Source: Podarcis vaucheri (lineage: Eukaryota). From it: a stretch of 64,000 bases of DNA. Within the stretch, counting starts at the first letter, position 1; each line of letters begins with the position of its first letter. The stretch lies in assembly GCA_965113315.1 (NCBI GenBank), contig OZ220365.1; one strand, 5' to 3'. Under the pieces are notes generated by a model. The model ran no database searches. It was not told where the DNA came from and worked only from the letters and a program-made list of their open reading frames with translations. Shown one piece after another: positions 48,921-63,433 of the stretch. A program made the position numbers and the translations under genes.

Positions 48921-50761
48921 ATGGTAGAAAAAACAACAGTTTTGTGACACTAAAGTGTAACACATTTATTGAGGAATAAGCCAGCAGTCGCCAATGTGGT
49001 GTCTGTGGGTGCAATGGCACCCTTGAGGTTTTCTTTGGTGTCCACAAAGCCTCTGAGCTCCTTCTCCCAATTTCTGCTGCTTCCCCATACAAGGTGATAA
49101 GGATGATGATCTTTTATGCCCTTTGAAAGTACATTGATAAGGATATAAGGATAAAATTGGAAGAATGAAACTCCTTTCCCCTTCCCCTTTACAACTTTTC
49201 AAGGCTCATCTTAATTCTTCTGGATTCAACGCCTATCCAGATCCTCTAGAAAACAAACTGTGTGTGTGTACTTTCCCCCTTTTTGTCTCTGATCTGGGTG
49301 AGGCAGGAGAGAAGTGATCAGAGGGGTGTTGGTGGCAGGTACAGAACTCACTAAGAAAATCCATGTAAGTCCATGGGCCCAAAAGGATAATGATTTCCGG
49401 TATAAACTTTCATGGACTAGAGCCCACTTTGCAATTAACACACTGACCCACTGTGAGTATGCATGCTCCCCCCACCCAATATAGATGGACAGTGTTCAGT
49501 ATTCAAATGGCAAGGATCTGATGGGGATGGGCCAATTTCATGGAAACCCTCTTCAGGCACTCATTCCACATAATTATAGAGTTCTAGACCATATAGTGGG
49601 GGAGCCTATGTATATTCAAGAGGTTCCTCTTCAGACATCCCCCCTCAAACACATGAAGAGTGAGACACATTGGGATGTGACAGTACAGGTGGGGCCAGTT
49701 GTCACAGTTCCTTCCTCTCCATATGATTACAATTGTGTGGAGGGAACACCCAAAGAAAAAAAGCAAATGCAATAACTAGAAATTGATATTCTGTCCCACT
49801 TAGATTTATGCCATATAAACATTACACAATAAACTAATAGAAGATTATGAAAATCTGAAATAATGTTTCTTAAGCCATCTAATCTTACAGTGTTTTGGAA
49901 GCTAAAAGTTTTCTTGATTCTAGTCTATGAGTATACTTCTGGAGTTCCCAAGGTCATCAAGTGCTGTGATCATACTAAAGCAAAATCAATATTTATCAAA
50001 ATACTGTCTCACTACTTCCCCTGACCCTCTTTATGGAGACAAATTGTTTTCATACACTGAGAACACCGTCGGATTTAGGGAGAGACTCTCCATGAAAGCA
50101 CATAATTCTTATATATGCTCTTATTTCCTTTTAATACTCAAACAGTAGATTGATCATCAAAAGGAAGTAACTTTATTAAGCCAGACAGTCAAGTCCAAAG
50201 TATTGGGGCAAGGAAGAAAACAGAAGCTGAACAGACCACGGAGGTTAGATGAAGGAGGCGAGGAAGAGGAAGCTGTGAAAATGAAGATGAATGACTTGGA
50301 GAATCTGGAAGCAGAAACAGGCTTTTGCTTTCTGTGAAGATGAATAATGTTTATCTCCTTTAATAACCATTCTTTGATTCCACTTCAAGGAAAAAAGAAG
50401 CCCAACCAAAAATAAAACACCAAACTAAAAAGCACCACAAAACTATTCTATGGCTTTGTATTGAAGTGTACAGTAAGGCAGGGCATGGTGATAGTTTTTC
50501 TGTTTCTCATCATCTGCTTGTTAGTCTAGCAAAAGCACAGTGATGCTGCTTCTTTTGAAAACTCACATAATGACATGCTTGAGAAGACATGGAAGAACAC
50601 AACAATCTCTGCAAGCAGTCACCTCAGCACTACTCTTCCATCTTTATAAAATGTGTGGTTTTCAATAATGTTTATACCTCGTCTCGAAGGGCCCACAAGT
50701 GAGCTTACAACAATGCAAGACACAATAAAACATAAATCAACGCATCCTTACAACCATTAAA

Positions 50762-50885
50762 TATATAGACTTAAAGAACTGTAGATCACCTAGTCTAACT
50801 GCCTGTAGTGCCCAACACTAGAACCAGCTCAAACCAATGACCCAGAGATTAAGAGTCCCATGCTCTTACCATCTGAGCTATTCCT
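50762..50885 (-). mobile_element. tRNA-Lys(CTT)-headed SINE with CR1-derived tail (Squam2-like)
   Basis: Minus strand TAGCTCAGATGGTAAGAGCATGGGACTCTTAATCTCTGGGTC...GTTGGGCA, then gttagactaggtgatc (CR1 tail motif). Confidence 0.75.
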
Positions 50886-51009
50886 CAGGACACTCCCTGT
50901 TCTATGGGAAATCAGAATTGAAATGAGTCCTCTGAAAATGTTGGCAGGCAGTTTCCAAATACTCCCTGAACATTTGTTGTTCTGTATCTGTATTTGCAAC
51001 ATAATATAG

Positions 51010-51108
51010 GACTTCCCACGTGTCCACCTGGTTTGCAACTGTGAGAACAGGAAGCTTTACTAGAGGGGCCATTGTGGCCTGACCCAGCAGGCCTCTTATG
51101 TTCTTATG
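51010..51108 (+). mobile_element. CR1-type 3' end
   Basis: ctgtgagaacagga...ggcctgacccagcaggcctcttatgttcttatg with the octamer tail. Confidence 0.8.
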
Positions 51109-52574
51109 CCAACATGTTACAGTATCTAATACACAGCTACTGTTGGTACTCTGACACGGAGCAATGAACATTTAACAGTATTGGACAACCAGCATGAAGC
51201 AGTAGTTTTGACAATATCTGCCAGGTAGCAGTCGGTGCTTGACTGTATTTGACATGCAGAGTAATTATTTGAAAGCTGACATGTAGTATATGACAATACC
51301 TGATAAACGAGTTTCAATAAAATTTAGCAAATTTTAAATCAACTTCATTCATTCATACAGATTTTTTTTCAAATAAAAAAGGCAAGCTTTGTCATGTAGG
51401 GGTAATAATCCTTTAAGCAAAAGCAGATCTATAATGATGGAAATATGCTGAATTCTGAATTATGCAAAATTTTCATTTTTGGGACTGATGGGTTACCATG
51501 GAGAAAACACACTATACTGATTTTTTTCAGTACTAGAACAAAAGAGACAAGATATTATTCTATTAATATGAGTAGAATTAGATCAGTGTTAAGGGGATTT
51601 GGAAGTCACAATGCAATAACGATTGTTTTCTATCATTATCCTAGAGCTTCAAACCCACCCTCAGCACATGGATGGGTGAGGGGGATTGCGTCTAGTGACT
51701 CTGTCCCCTGAATGTTAAGTGGAAGTTATGAAATACAGTAGAGGGTGTGCACAAGGTCAGAGATCCCAAGCATGCATACAACAACATTCTCATATTCAGC
51801 TGAATGAATGGAGGTCAGGGACAACAGCCCTGCTTCCTCCTCAACATTTTCAATGTGACTTTCAAATGTGAGGACAGAGTTAATGTCACAGATCACTGTT
51901 AGATGAGGTAATGGTACTCAGTCTACAGGATGTTAGACATATCCTCTGCTGACACATTTTCATTTATGTTTGTATTTAAAACCTACAGAGGAGTCTGCAC
52001 TTGCCCTCTTCCCTGAAGTCACTGGCAATACTACAGCTGGCCCTGTTATCCTATTTGGATGTTGCCTCCAGCACCCAAGCTTAGGTCTAAACCACAGGTC
52101 TTGGTCCTACACCTGATGCTCATGGGTTAATGCAGATATCTGCAAATGGAAAGGCTTTGTGTGTATAGCTGTCTGCATGAATGATTCAATGCAACCAGCA
52201 CAAAAGCAGCTTCTTTGAAGATATCCATATAAACACATGGATATTTGGGGAGTGGCATCAGCTTCAATCTCAAAATAAGCTGATCAGGTCTGGGGCTGCT
52301 GTACTACTGGCTGGGAATTGGAACAGATTCTGGATACTGTGGAACCTGAGCCAGGGCCCTTGGGAATGCCTTAATTGAGACACGAGGAGTCAAATACCAC
52401 CCACTCCCTGCTCAACCATGGGAGCAGGTTAGGTGGGAGGTCACAGAATAGAGGAGAAGCACTCATGTTAGGGCCAGGGAGTTGGTCATTTAATGATCCA
52501 CACTCTTCAGGTGGGACTGTGTGTGGAGCTTGAGAGAGCTAGACTGTGTGAAGGGATTCAAATGGCCTCCATTC

Positions 52575-53666
52575 CAAGAAAATTGGCTTCCAGGTGGAAA
52601 AATCAAAATTAGAAACAGAACTGCTAGAACCCAAAACTAAGATTTTGTCAAAGATGTATAACTTGCTGTTGAAATGGAATACACAGGATGAAACGGTGAA
52701 ATCTGCTATAATTAAATAGGAACAAGATGTTGGACATAACATAATGATGGCTGACTGGGAACAGTTATGGACCACAGGTATGAAATTCACGGCATGTAAT
52801 GCCTTAAGAGAGAATATTATGAAAATGATATACAGTACAGGTGGTACATGACACCAGTCAAGCTTGCAAAAATCTATCATTTGCCTGATAATAAATGTTG
52901 GAAATGTAAAGAGACTGAAGGTACATTCTTTCACCTTTGGTGGACGTGCCCAAGGATTAAGGCTTTCTGGGAGATGATTTATAATGAAATGAAAAGGGTA
53001 TTTAAATATACCTTCCTGAAGAAACCAGAGGCCTTTCTCCTGGGCATGGTCGGCCAAATGGTGTCAAAGAAGGACAGAACTTTTTTAATGTATGCCACAA
53101 CAGCAGCAAGAATACTTATTGCAAAGTATTGAAAGATCCACTCTGGAAGAATGGCAGATGAAGGTGATGGACTACATGGAATGGGCGGAAATGACTGGCA
53201 GAATCCGAGACCAGGGAGAAGAGTCTGTGGAAGAAGATTGGAAGAAATTTAAAGACTATTTACAGAAATATTGCAAAATTAATGAATGTTAGAATGATGT
53301 CAGAATGAAGTTAAGTGGTTTTAGCAGTAATGTTATAATGGTGTATGTAAAAATGGATTGTTAACAGGTGAAAATTCAAAGTTATAATATATTAAGTTAA
53401 AGGATTAAGACAAAAACAAAGAGGGAAAGGAATTGCTGAATTAACTAACAGAACTGGAATACAAAAAAGGGAGGTGTGAGGAGGTCAGGGAAGTAAGGAA
53501 ATGAAATGTAAGGCATGGAAAGATTGATGTGTTTTTAAAGTGTTTTTTATCTTTTTTCTGTATTTTGTATTTTTTTCCTTTTTATTTCTTTTTCTTTCCC
53601 CCCTCTTTTTATTTATGTAATTTTTTCTTTGAAACTTTAATAAATATCATTAAAAAAACAAAAAAA
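52575..53666 (+). mobile_element. 5'-truncated L1 (ORF2 C-terminus with CCHC knuckle, 3' UTR, polyA), inactivated
   Basis: CWKCKETEGTFFHLWWTC. 16-bp TSD CAAATGGCCTCCATTC (52559-52574, 53667-53682). AATAAA 53639-53644. In-frame TAG 52717-52719 and TACAG duplication 52831-52840. Antisense to NKAIN2. Confidence 0.96.
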
Positions 53667-56600
53667 CAAATGGCCTCCATTCACACCCAGGCTTTACTGG
53701 AGCTTTCCATGGTGCTGAAACCACTGACCTGCCTGGCTTGGTAAGTGTTGCTGTAGCCAAAGAAGGGCAGCTGGAAATGTGTGAAGTCAGGGGTAGAGCC
53801 AGAAGGACTTACATCCTGCCCCTACATTTGGCCTTACATGTGGACAGCAACATCTTTTCCTCTTATTTTGGGGCCTGTGCTTGAGATGCCGCTTGAGAGG
53901 GGAAGTTGCTGAAACTGCTGCCATTCGTTCTCTTCCTTTCTCATCTGTCCCTTCCTGTCCCTACCCAGCACTGGCTGAGAGTAAGAGCTGTCAGTGCTTA
54001 ATACTGACACATTCCCAGCTTAGCTAAATGGAGCAGGTAGGCGCTGTGTGCCCTTTAGTTCTCCAAACACATTACAGAGAAGTGTGGTGGTTCTCCCCCA
54101 CCCACCCGGCTCCACTTTCTACGTATGGAAGAATATGAAGGCAAGGAGGACATTGCCTGTCTCTGTCCGTTCTTCTCTGGTGGTTTTGGAGAAGTAACCA
54201 TTCACATCTCCCTCCCCCACCCTGGGACTCTGGGAATGTTACAGAATAGTTTAATCATCCGGCTTTGGTATCTGACCGCCTTGGGCAGCTTGAGCTTTTC
54301 TTATCATTATGTCTCACTGTGTGTCACCTTTTCCAGACAGCTATAGGATTAGGATAAGAAAAATTGGTTCTTTATGCTACTGCAGATCTGACAAAACCAC
54401 CTACTGCTCACAGCCCTCCAAATAAATGCCTAGCGTTAGGAGGAAAAAAACACCCAGCAAACACCTGGATTAGATGAAATTGATGATTATAAATGCTAGG
54501 TACTTATTTGAGGGCCTGTGGATATAGAAGATCTGCATATTCTGAGGACAGTGGTGATTGTTTGCAGAGATGTATTTCTGATGGCAGCAAAAAAAAGAAC
54601 ACCCCAAAGCTTTCTGGTAAACAAAGACAAGCTCTGACAAGCTCCTCTCTGCTGAGTACAAACTCCTTCACTTGCAGAAAACGCATATGGTGAGAGATTT
54701 GCATATGAATGATAGGTGCCTAGATTTGAGCATTCTTTCATCTTAAAATCACAACAGCCTTGCATTGTGGCCACAAGAGTAGGGAAAGAAAGAATTGTTT
54801 GCACATTGTTACCTACAAGCTCTTCTCCTGATTCAAGTTTCAGTGGTATATTTTTTAAAGACGGCTTAAAACCCCCCAAAAAAGCATTACTGAAAATGGC
54901 AACACCTTTAAAAAAAATCCATTGTACTCTTGTTATTATTTTCATTTTTCTTTTGGAAATCAACATAAATTGACTTTTGAATCAGTGAATTGACATATGC
55001 TGAGATGACTCAGTAGTGTTGTGACTGTGACTTCATGTGTCCTGAAATTGCTTCAGGAAAGTTTTTTGAAGTATGATATGCTAAGCTGTGATTTTCAGTT
55101 ATTCAAAGACCAATTTAACCCATACCAACCATACATACAAATCCATCCAAATTCATTACATGCCTTTAATATAGTGTCATGTGCATTGTAGGCCTGTTAT
55201 TTTGTAATATGAATTTTTATGAGAAACATGTTAATGAGGGAATAATGTTAATTTGGGTTTGATAAATGTGTTAACATGTGGACAGCAGGGATGGGATGAG
55301 AACCAAATATGGGGACATACAGCCCCCTTTGACTTAATTTGCTGCTTTCTGAGAGTAACACAAAAATGGAGCTATTTTTGAAGCAAGGTCACTGTGACAT
55401 ACACAGGGCTTCAGTCATTGCTACTGACTGGTGGAGGTTGGGTTGTTCTTCTACCATTTCTAGAGTCTCTACCAATGGTAGGCTGCCCCACAGAATGCTC
55501 AAAAAGTCCTCTTGGTTATCCGCATGGTTGTGGTTGAACTCATGGTCAGCTGAACAAATGTGATCGAATAAGCACTATGAATCCTAACATATGAAAGGAA
55601 ATAAAGAAGACTTTTTGGCAATGACTGATTCCTTTACTGATTCCCTTTTAGTATGATGAAAAGCAGTGTACTTCAAAGTTCTGGTGACAGTTAATAGTTT
55701 TAGAAACCTAGAGCTACATGACAGACTTACCATTATACTACCTCCATGGTGGATGGCTTTCGTCTAAGATCCTGATGTGATTCTAATAAGAGTACTACTG
55801 TGATTGGCTTGTGATGGTGGTATGACAAGGGCAACGGACACACTGTATATGAAAGGTTCAGGGAGAAGGAGGAAAGAACATAGAACATTGTAGTCTCAAG
55901 CAAAATTAAGTCAGCCACAAGGCAAGGCACACTTAGAGGCTATCCTTCAAGAATTGCCGCCAAAACCAGCATGGCATCTCCAGCATTCTTCTAAACTTGA
56001 AGAATAAATGGGAGGCACCAATTCTCAGGTAGGTCTTTAGGTAAGGATATTCCTAAAATATCCTGGGCATTATTCTGAAGAGTGGGCAAAGAAGGATTAA
56101 GCTCCCCTCCCTGTCACTCTCTGTTCACCATGTATCTCTCGCCAAGTTGCTTTTCATTTTAAAAAACCAAAAAACCAATGGGATCTGTTTTCCATGCAAT
56201 GTGTAGTTAGCCCTTTTGAGAAAGAGCTATTTTAGATATCTACAGCCTCTGACACTTATAAAGATGTAATGGAGAATCACATTGGTACTTACTATACCTG
56301 ACAAGACAGTAATTTGTTTGTCAGGAAGTATAATGTGGAATCGTTCTGTTGGAGGGCATCACCCTCAGAGTCTGGTGTGAGAGGACACCCTAAGGGTAAA
56401 TGGTCAAAAGAGGCCATAGTCCCCTGAGAAATTAATGTGGCAAAGACTTTTAGCTGAGGAATCCAGCAACACTATATTACTGGCTGTGGAGATGACAAAT
56501 TATAAAGACAGACAATTCTCGGAAAGGCCATGTCCTTAAAATCTGCATCATTCCAGCCAGTTAAGTGGACGAGTTATTTCTGACAGTTTATGAGCCTTGT

Positions 56601-56978
56601 TAATATAATGTGATGTCTGGGAAGGTGCCAGCTAGGAGGATCCAGGGAAGTCAAAATTAGACCCCAGCCTGTCAGACATCAGAGACCTATTTAACACCAA
56701 CTGCTTCAGCTGAGACAGTCTCTTCTGCTGCTGACTAAATCAGTAATATTCAGCCTGAAACCCTTGGGCTTGTAGGCATAATAATTTGTGGGTATCAATT
56801 TTCCGTAAAAACAATAATCCAGGCACATTTAGAGAATCTACTCTTGACTTCCCCTATGGTCTTCTTTTAATTGAAAATATTGGCTTCAAATGATTTTAAA
56901 TATATTGTTGTGCAAGGTCAATGATGAAAAGGCTGGTTTGCAGTCTGCATGGTCACTATGTACCATATTTATTTTGGT

Positions 56979-57111
56979 CAGCCTTCCCCAACTTGATGTC
57001 CTGCAGACGTTCTGGGCTGAAACTTCCTTCAGCAACAGTCAGAATGACCAAGGCCAGGAATGATGGGAACTGTAGTCCAAAACATCTGGAGGCCACCAAG
57101 TCGGAGGAGAC
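56979..57111. mobile_element. URR1-like hAT MITE copy
   Basis: cagccttccccaact...gatgggaactgtagtccaaaacatctggagg. Confidence 0.75.
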
Positions 57112-58434
57112 ACAAAGGGTTGTCTAGTCCAACCCCCTGCAGTTGATTTTCTCTTGTGAAATTGCAGGTAGATGGGAATTGTTTGTTTACACATTCATGA
57201 CTCAGAAATGCAGAAGTAATTAATGAAACATAAACATGGATCAAGGAACAGTCTGCAACATAAACATGTCTTTGGTATGGGCTTACGTTAAAATTAACAT
57301 AATATATTGAAAGGTATACTTTGAATACTGAATATGGGAGTTTTGCAGAATCAGGCTAGCATTTGTGTTCTGAAGTTAAGGTTCTGTAAATCCTAGCCTA
57401 TAGTTGTTACCAGTCATGCTCTGCTGAGACTTACTCAGCCTTACTGCTTTTGGCCATTCTTTTGCTTCGTTTTAAAAGGAAATAATTGCACAGCACAAAG
57501 TTAACATGTGGAGTTTGTGTTGGTGACTACGTGACCCCCAAATACACTCTTTTCCTGACACAGATGGATACCAACAACAAGAGAAACAAGGTTTGAGTTC
57601 TACATGTAGCTCCCTCCCTGTACACATGTATGGTCCCCTCTTCAGTCCCCTTCTTCAAATTGCCCCTTAGCACACTTTCTTCTATTTTTCCCACAACCCC
57701 TTACTTTTCATTTCTAGTATAAAAATGGTATGGGAGGTGGGGTAAAGGAGATATTCCATGGGATTGGTGATAAACATAATCGGATGTCAGCTTGTTGCTG
57801 TTTTCCATTGATTGCCTTGACCCTATAGAATTATTGCTGACTTCTTGAGGCAACTGAGCATGCTCAGTCTTCATTGAACTTTAACGCCCCTCCCCTTTGA
57901 GTTTTTGTTACTTGAGCATGCTGATACTTCCCCCTTGTTTCGTGGGTGTGGTTGTGTGCTATTTTGGTTACGGTCCTGTTGGGCACTCTACCAGCTGAGT
58001 TTGATATTAGAGAACTATGATAAGAGAATATATTAGGAAAGTGGTTGATACTGTTCTCTTATCCTGAACGATCTCAGGAGGGAAGGAACTTGCACTAATG
58101 GAACCCACATTAAAGCAACTCAGAATAACTTCTAACAGCCTCAAATACCTTTACATATTAATTACTCTGCAATTATCTTCTAAATAATTGCTAACAGGCT
58201 TGCATGCAAAAAAAAAAAAAAGTCTTAGAATGGCTGACTGCGCTGAGCTATAATGAGATTTTATGAGAGCTACAGAATGCACCCCAGAACACAGGATGCT
58301 ACCTTACTTCATGCCAGACCAATGGCTCATGTTGCTCAGGAGTGATTGGCATTGTCTCTTTCAGAGAGGGGGATTTTAAGCTGATTTTTTTTTTTTTTTG
58401 GTAATGGAAAAATGTTTCTTTAAAGGGGTGTGTG

Positions 58435-58745
58435 TGTGGGCAACTGCAAGCATTATTTGCTGGCGCTGATTACATAGATCCATTCCAATCTCCAGGCCTG
58501 GTGAAGCGACAGAGTTTGCCTTGGTTGCTCTTTAGAGCAGGACAAGGGGAGTGTGAACTTGCTCCTGCTTCTTGATCTCTTGTTGGTTTTTGATATCACT
58601 GACCATGGTATCCTCTGGGACCAGCTCCAGGGAATGGGAATTGGGGGTCCTGGGTTACAATGGTTACAATCTTACATCTGGGAGTGAGTCTGGAAAGTAG
58701 CATTAGGCTTTTTGGCCCTCTGGTGGTTATATTATGGGGTGTAAT
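58435..58745 (+). mobile_element. L2-clade LINE reverse-transcriptase fragment
   Basis: YIDPFQS / RPGEATEFALVAL / DKGSVNLLLLLDLLLVFDITDHGILWDQLQGMGIGGPGLQWLQSY, matching the RT motif LLDLSAAFDTIDH. Confidence 0.9.
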
Positions 58746-59542
58746 GTAACACCCTCCGTTCCTTATCATTGAATAGCTATTGGATTTAATCCAATTCATT
58801 ATCTCAATTCTCTTCCTCCAAATTTACTGGCGTCTTCCTCTATTTTAATAAAAAAATTAATCTGCCCAGACATCCACTTAGGTTTCTATGTCCACTTTGT
58901 TCCCTCCCTCCCTTTTATAGAGATGATCCTGCCCCTATTTATGTTGTAAATGTAGAAAGCCCAGCAAGGTTAATAATGTTACATATAGCAGAGCCAAAGC
59001 CGTTCCATTTTTACTGAGCATTTTTAGCAGTGTTGAAAAAATGCTTCTCCTTCAGTACTCCTTGTGAAAGTGTTAGCCTAGGCTGTGATCGTAAGCACTG
59101 CTACAAAGGAGTAAGGCAGCATGCATTGCACACAGTGCATTCCACGCATGTGGATTCCCCCACAATTGTTACAATTGCCAGCATGCTTAGCAAACTACAG
59201 TTCCCAGGATTCTTTGAGAAAAGTTATGTGACTTAAAAGTACCTTAAATGTGTGGTGTGCAAGCAGCCCATGTCTCTTTCAACCACAGCTAGCCTAAGGC
59301 AGAGCCAGCTAATGTCCAAGTCCCACCAAGTCAAGGTACCTAAGGCCAGCCAAGTTATTCTGGCATCTGAGAAAGAGCACCTATAGGCTTTCCTTAGGAC
59401 TAAAAATACAATAACAATAAATTTTTGAACCAGCAACTTGCTGCCCTCATACGACACACAAAATCTGTTGCCTGAGGCTGCCACTGCATAATTTCCTTGC
59501 ATCCAGCTGATTCATTTGATTTTACTTCTGAGTAAACGTCCT

Positions 59543-59778
59543 AGCAGTTCGAAAGCACATCAAAGTGCAAGTAGATAAATAGGTACCGCTCCGGCGGGAA
59601 GGTAAACGGCATTTCTATGTGCTGCTCTGGTTTGCCAGAAGCAGCTTAGTCATGCTGGCCACATGACCTGAAAGCTGTACGCCGGCTCCCTCGGCCAATA
59701 AAGCGAGATGAGCGCCACAACCCCAGAGTCAGTCATGACTGGACCTAATGGTCAGGGGTCCCTTTACCCTTTACCTTT
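59543..59778 (+). mobile_element. 5'-truncated Sauria SINE (Squam1, lacertid type)
   Basis: gcagttcgaaagcac...gtgcaagtagataaataggtaccgctccggcgggaagg...ggtcaggggtccctttaccctttacc. TSD TAAACGTCCT (59533-59542, 59779-59788). Confidence 0.96.
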
Positions 59779-60232
59779 TAAACGTCCTTAGGATCGCCCT
59801 AACTCTCATTTCTTTCAGTGATATAGTCCAGAAAAGCATGACACAATATTATCTTGTTTACTGAACAACTCTGATTGCATGCAATTATGCACACTACTAA
59901 TCCAGGAAGGAACTAGGAGCCAGGAATATGTAGTAAAACAAGCGGTGGGGTGGGGAAACTCAGGAGAGGCAACAGACATAATCGAAAAAAGTGAAAATTC
60001 ACAAATATGCTTTTTTAAAACAAACAAACAACAAACAAACAAACAAACTCTACTCCAAATTCTTAGTTTCTGTTTTAAAAAAACCACAACAAAATATTCT
60101 GTGCAGCTAGAATCTGACTATTTACAGCTTTCTTTGTACACTTGGGTCTTTTACAAAACAAACGAAAACTCTTCAATCAAGGACCCCAGATTCTACAACC
60201 CTGCACCCTTAATTCCTCCCTGTTCAAAACAA

Positions 60233-60487
60233 ATTTTTTGCTCTATAAGACGCACCAGACCATAACACACACCCAGTTTTTGGAGGAGGAAAACAAGAAA
60301 AAATATATTCTGAATCTCAGAAGCCAGAACAACAAGTGGGATGGCTGTGCATCGAAAACAGTGATCGCTGTTGCTGTTCTGGCTTCTGGGATAGCTGCGC
60401 AGCCTGCATTCATTCCATAAGACGCACACACATTTCCCCTTACTTTTTAGGAGGGAAAAAGTGAGTCTTATAGAGCCAAAAATACGG
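60233..60487. mobile_element. Tc1/mariner (pogo/Tc2-like) MITE, left tip lost
   Basis: attttttgctctataagacgcac vs gtgagtcttatagagccaaaaatacgg, followed by TA. Confidence 0.85.
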
Positions 60488-60488
60488 T

Positions 60489-60515
60489 AACAACAACAAC
60501 AACAACAACAACAAC
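60489..60515. repeat. (AAC)9 microsatellite
   Basis: Direct reading. Confidence 0.95.
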
Positions 60516-63433
60516 ACCTACCATCTCTAAATGGCCTATCTAGCATCAGACTGAGAATATGCTAGACACTGTAGACAATAAGTGATAGATGGAAAACAAA
60601 ACGGCAAGAAAGAAATGATTAAGAAATGTTATGGCCAGAGAAGGTGCTATCATAGGTGCATTCTAAGACTGAGCAAATGGAAGATGGCTCTGCTGAGCAC
60701 TGCCTTATGTATGTGTGTGGATATATTTTAAAATGTCTAAGCTAAAGTGAAAGTATGACCTTATTACAGGGATTCATTGCCTTAGCGGAATCAAAGGAGA
60801 AACAGGATAATCTAATTGGCAGAACATAAGAGAATGGAATAGGACATCACACAGTAGTGTCCAAGTCATGTAACCATCTTTGAGGACAGATGATCTGTGC
60901 AGCTGCATGATAAGACTAAAATGCCAAGCCAAGCCATAAAGCTACTCAAGAGACTCGGCCCTCAACCTTTTTATTTTTTAAGGACAGTGTGGAAAAGATC
61001 TATGCATCAGTTTCTAAAAGGTAGCAGGAGGAGACTTTAATGCAGCTATTGAATTCATTCTCATGCAGAGAGAGAGAGAGAGAGGAAAAGTTATGATTAC
61101 TAGTCATTGTGATATTGCTTAGTCTTGAGAGCATTACGTATAAAAAAGTACATTATGGATTCATCTGAAGCTGATATCTGTCCAAAAATTCATTTCTCGG
61201 CTGTATCTACTGAAAAGCTTTAGAAGACAGCCTGCAATATCCTCCCTTTCTAATATTCATTCTTAACACAACTTGCTTAGACTGAACAAATTTTTCTAGC
61301 CATTTGGTATATCTGAGTTCATCTCAAATGGGAAAACTTCCATGGTAGCTGAAGGTGTGGCCTCTAGCCAAGGTTTTTTAGCCCTAAATACAAAGGGTTG
61401 TGGGTTTTTATTTTCATGGGATGTTTGGGAATACTGCAATAATAGCAATATACAGTTAGAATGATGAATACTACTTAAGGCTACAGAAAATACTCATTCT
61501 AGAACAATAATATGTCACCATTAACTATCAGCCATCTATGATGAGGACTTGTGGCCAGTTCAAACACAACAAAAGTTTTGCATAACTCTGTGGTACATTT
61601 TAAATATGAGCTTTATTTGCAAGAAGATGCACTTTTCTAACGTTTGAATTAGATCCAATATGCACTACTCACAGATATTCTGTGCATAAACTAGCAACCA
61701 GATCCCCCCCCCAATCGTTGTTTAAAATCTCATATCAGCTTCCTGTATATATAAAAGCCATCCTCTCCCCATCCACACCATATCACCAACTCATTTGAAA
61801 TACTTGTCATGGGCATAAATCACTATTTGGCATGCTGCCTCACAAGTTACACCCATCTGTTCTGCTGTTACATGCTAAACAACACTTTGTGTGTTCAACA
61901 AACCATTTGCACACTTACTTGCCTCCCTGTATCCTGTGAATCCAAGCTGAAACAAAAGGCATCTAGCACCCTAACTTCAAGGATCTTGCTAGCCAGATGC
62001 CTCTGAGAAGCTCAGACATAGGGCACGTTGTTTCCCCCCAGCATCTGCAGCATTGGGAAGCAACCCAAACTGTTTCCAGTCCACTCAGGCTCTTTCTGAT
62101 CCCACATGTTAATCTGCTCCAAATCAGATCTGTTGAACCCGAAGCTCTGTTTTCCCTCATTGACTGTAGTGGGGAATCTGAAAACAGCTATAACCTTAAG
62201 AATTGTTTGCCCCCTACAGAAGTAGATGAAAATTTTCAGCCAAAAGAGCCCCTCCGGTATGTACTAAGCCTGCCAAATTGCAAACAGATCCAATCAGGAG
62301 AGTTTGCACGGGAAACCTTTATTTTATTTTTAAAAAGAAAAAAGTCGCTAGCTTTCATTTTTTCTGCCAGAATTGGATGTAATTTGCATGCATTGGTCAC
62401 CCCTTCTGGGGATGGAGCCTGCCAAATTTGGAATGATAGGTGCAGCGGTTCTCTCACAAGGGCAAACTTCGCCATTTTGGGGTGGGTAGAATTGAACTCA
62501 ATTAACCTTTGCTAGTGTTTTCTGGACAATCAGTCTAGAAACTGGTGACATGGAGCCCCTGGGCACTAACTTAAGGGGCAAGCAGGTTCAGTTGAGTGGT
62601 GGGAAAGTACCAGGCCCAGAGGTGGAAGGGAGAAAACTGTAATAAAAATATTTGTATTATTGGAGAGCAAAAACAAAATTCACTGAAATCACAGGTACTC
62701 TAAAACTGAATGGAAGAGAATGAAACTTCTAGCAAGCGAACTAAAACTGGGAAGAAAAATAAATCACAGGCAAAGCACAGTAATGGATCTGAGGGACAGG
62801 AAAATAGAATTACCCTATACTGAGCTCTCCAAAAGTCTGAAAACTAGTAGCCAAACCAACACAAACCAGGTGGGAGGAGAAATAAATAGAGTGGAATGAA
62901 CACAAATCAATGGAAGTATTTTAATTGCTTGTTAGGAACCAGGTGATTGGGAAGGACACTAATAATCTGCTGCCTTTCTAAACACCCTACTGTCCCAGGC
63001 AAAACAACAGCCAAGTGAAAAGAAAACACTTTTGTTTTCTTTAACTTTTCTCCCCTAAATCAATGTGATTGAAGCATCCTGGAAAAATAATTCACTGTGA
63101 TTAAAACCTACTTTAGGCCTGTCCATCAAATGAATGATCCAACCCAACCTCTCTACCTCTCCCTGTTCAAATTCAGGTCATTTCCCTAGTCAGTTTGGTT
63201 TCACTTAAAAAAGGAAATGCAGTGTTTTTGGACACCTGAGTCTATAGAGTAACTTGGACTTTAGGGAGTTGTTGATTTGACTTGTTAATGACGCAGTCTG
63301 ACTTGGGCATTTGAAAACCTTACCCAGATTGTTTCTACTTGCTTTGTAATTTGAGCTGCACACGGAACCAATGTACACCTCTACATTTTGATTCTGGTCA
63401 TTTTACTTTCAATACCCCCCCCCCAATATAATT

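Noticed and set aside
50170-50337. Acidic peptide LDEGGEEEEAVKMKMNDLENLEAE
   Set aside because: Short purine-rich stretch with no splice framework or recognisable homolog.
52539-53057. 172-aa minus-strand ORF
   Set aside because: Antisense shadow of the L1 ORF2 fragment.
57853-57868. Palindrome ACTGAGCATGCTCAGT (also 3887-3902) and the hairpin at 38945-38969
   Set aside because: Recurring internal motifs of old DNA-transposon relics, not locus-specific structures.
58596-58799. Minus-strand ORF with faint resemblance to NKAIN2 exon 4
   Set aside because: It is the antisense of an L2 reverse-transcriptase fragment.
61997-62515. 172-aa plus-strand ORF
   Set aside because: Starts in a CR1-like remnant, has no recognisable domain and no convincing gene structure.
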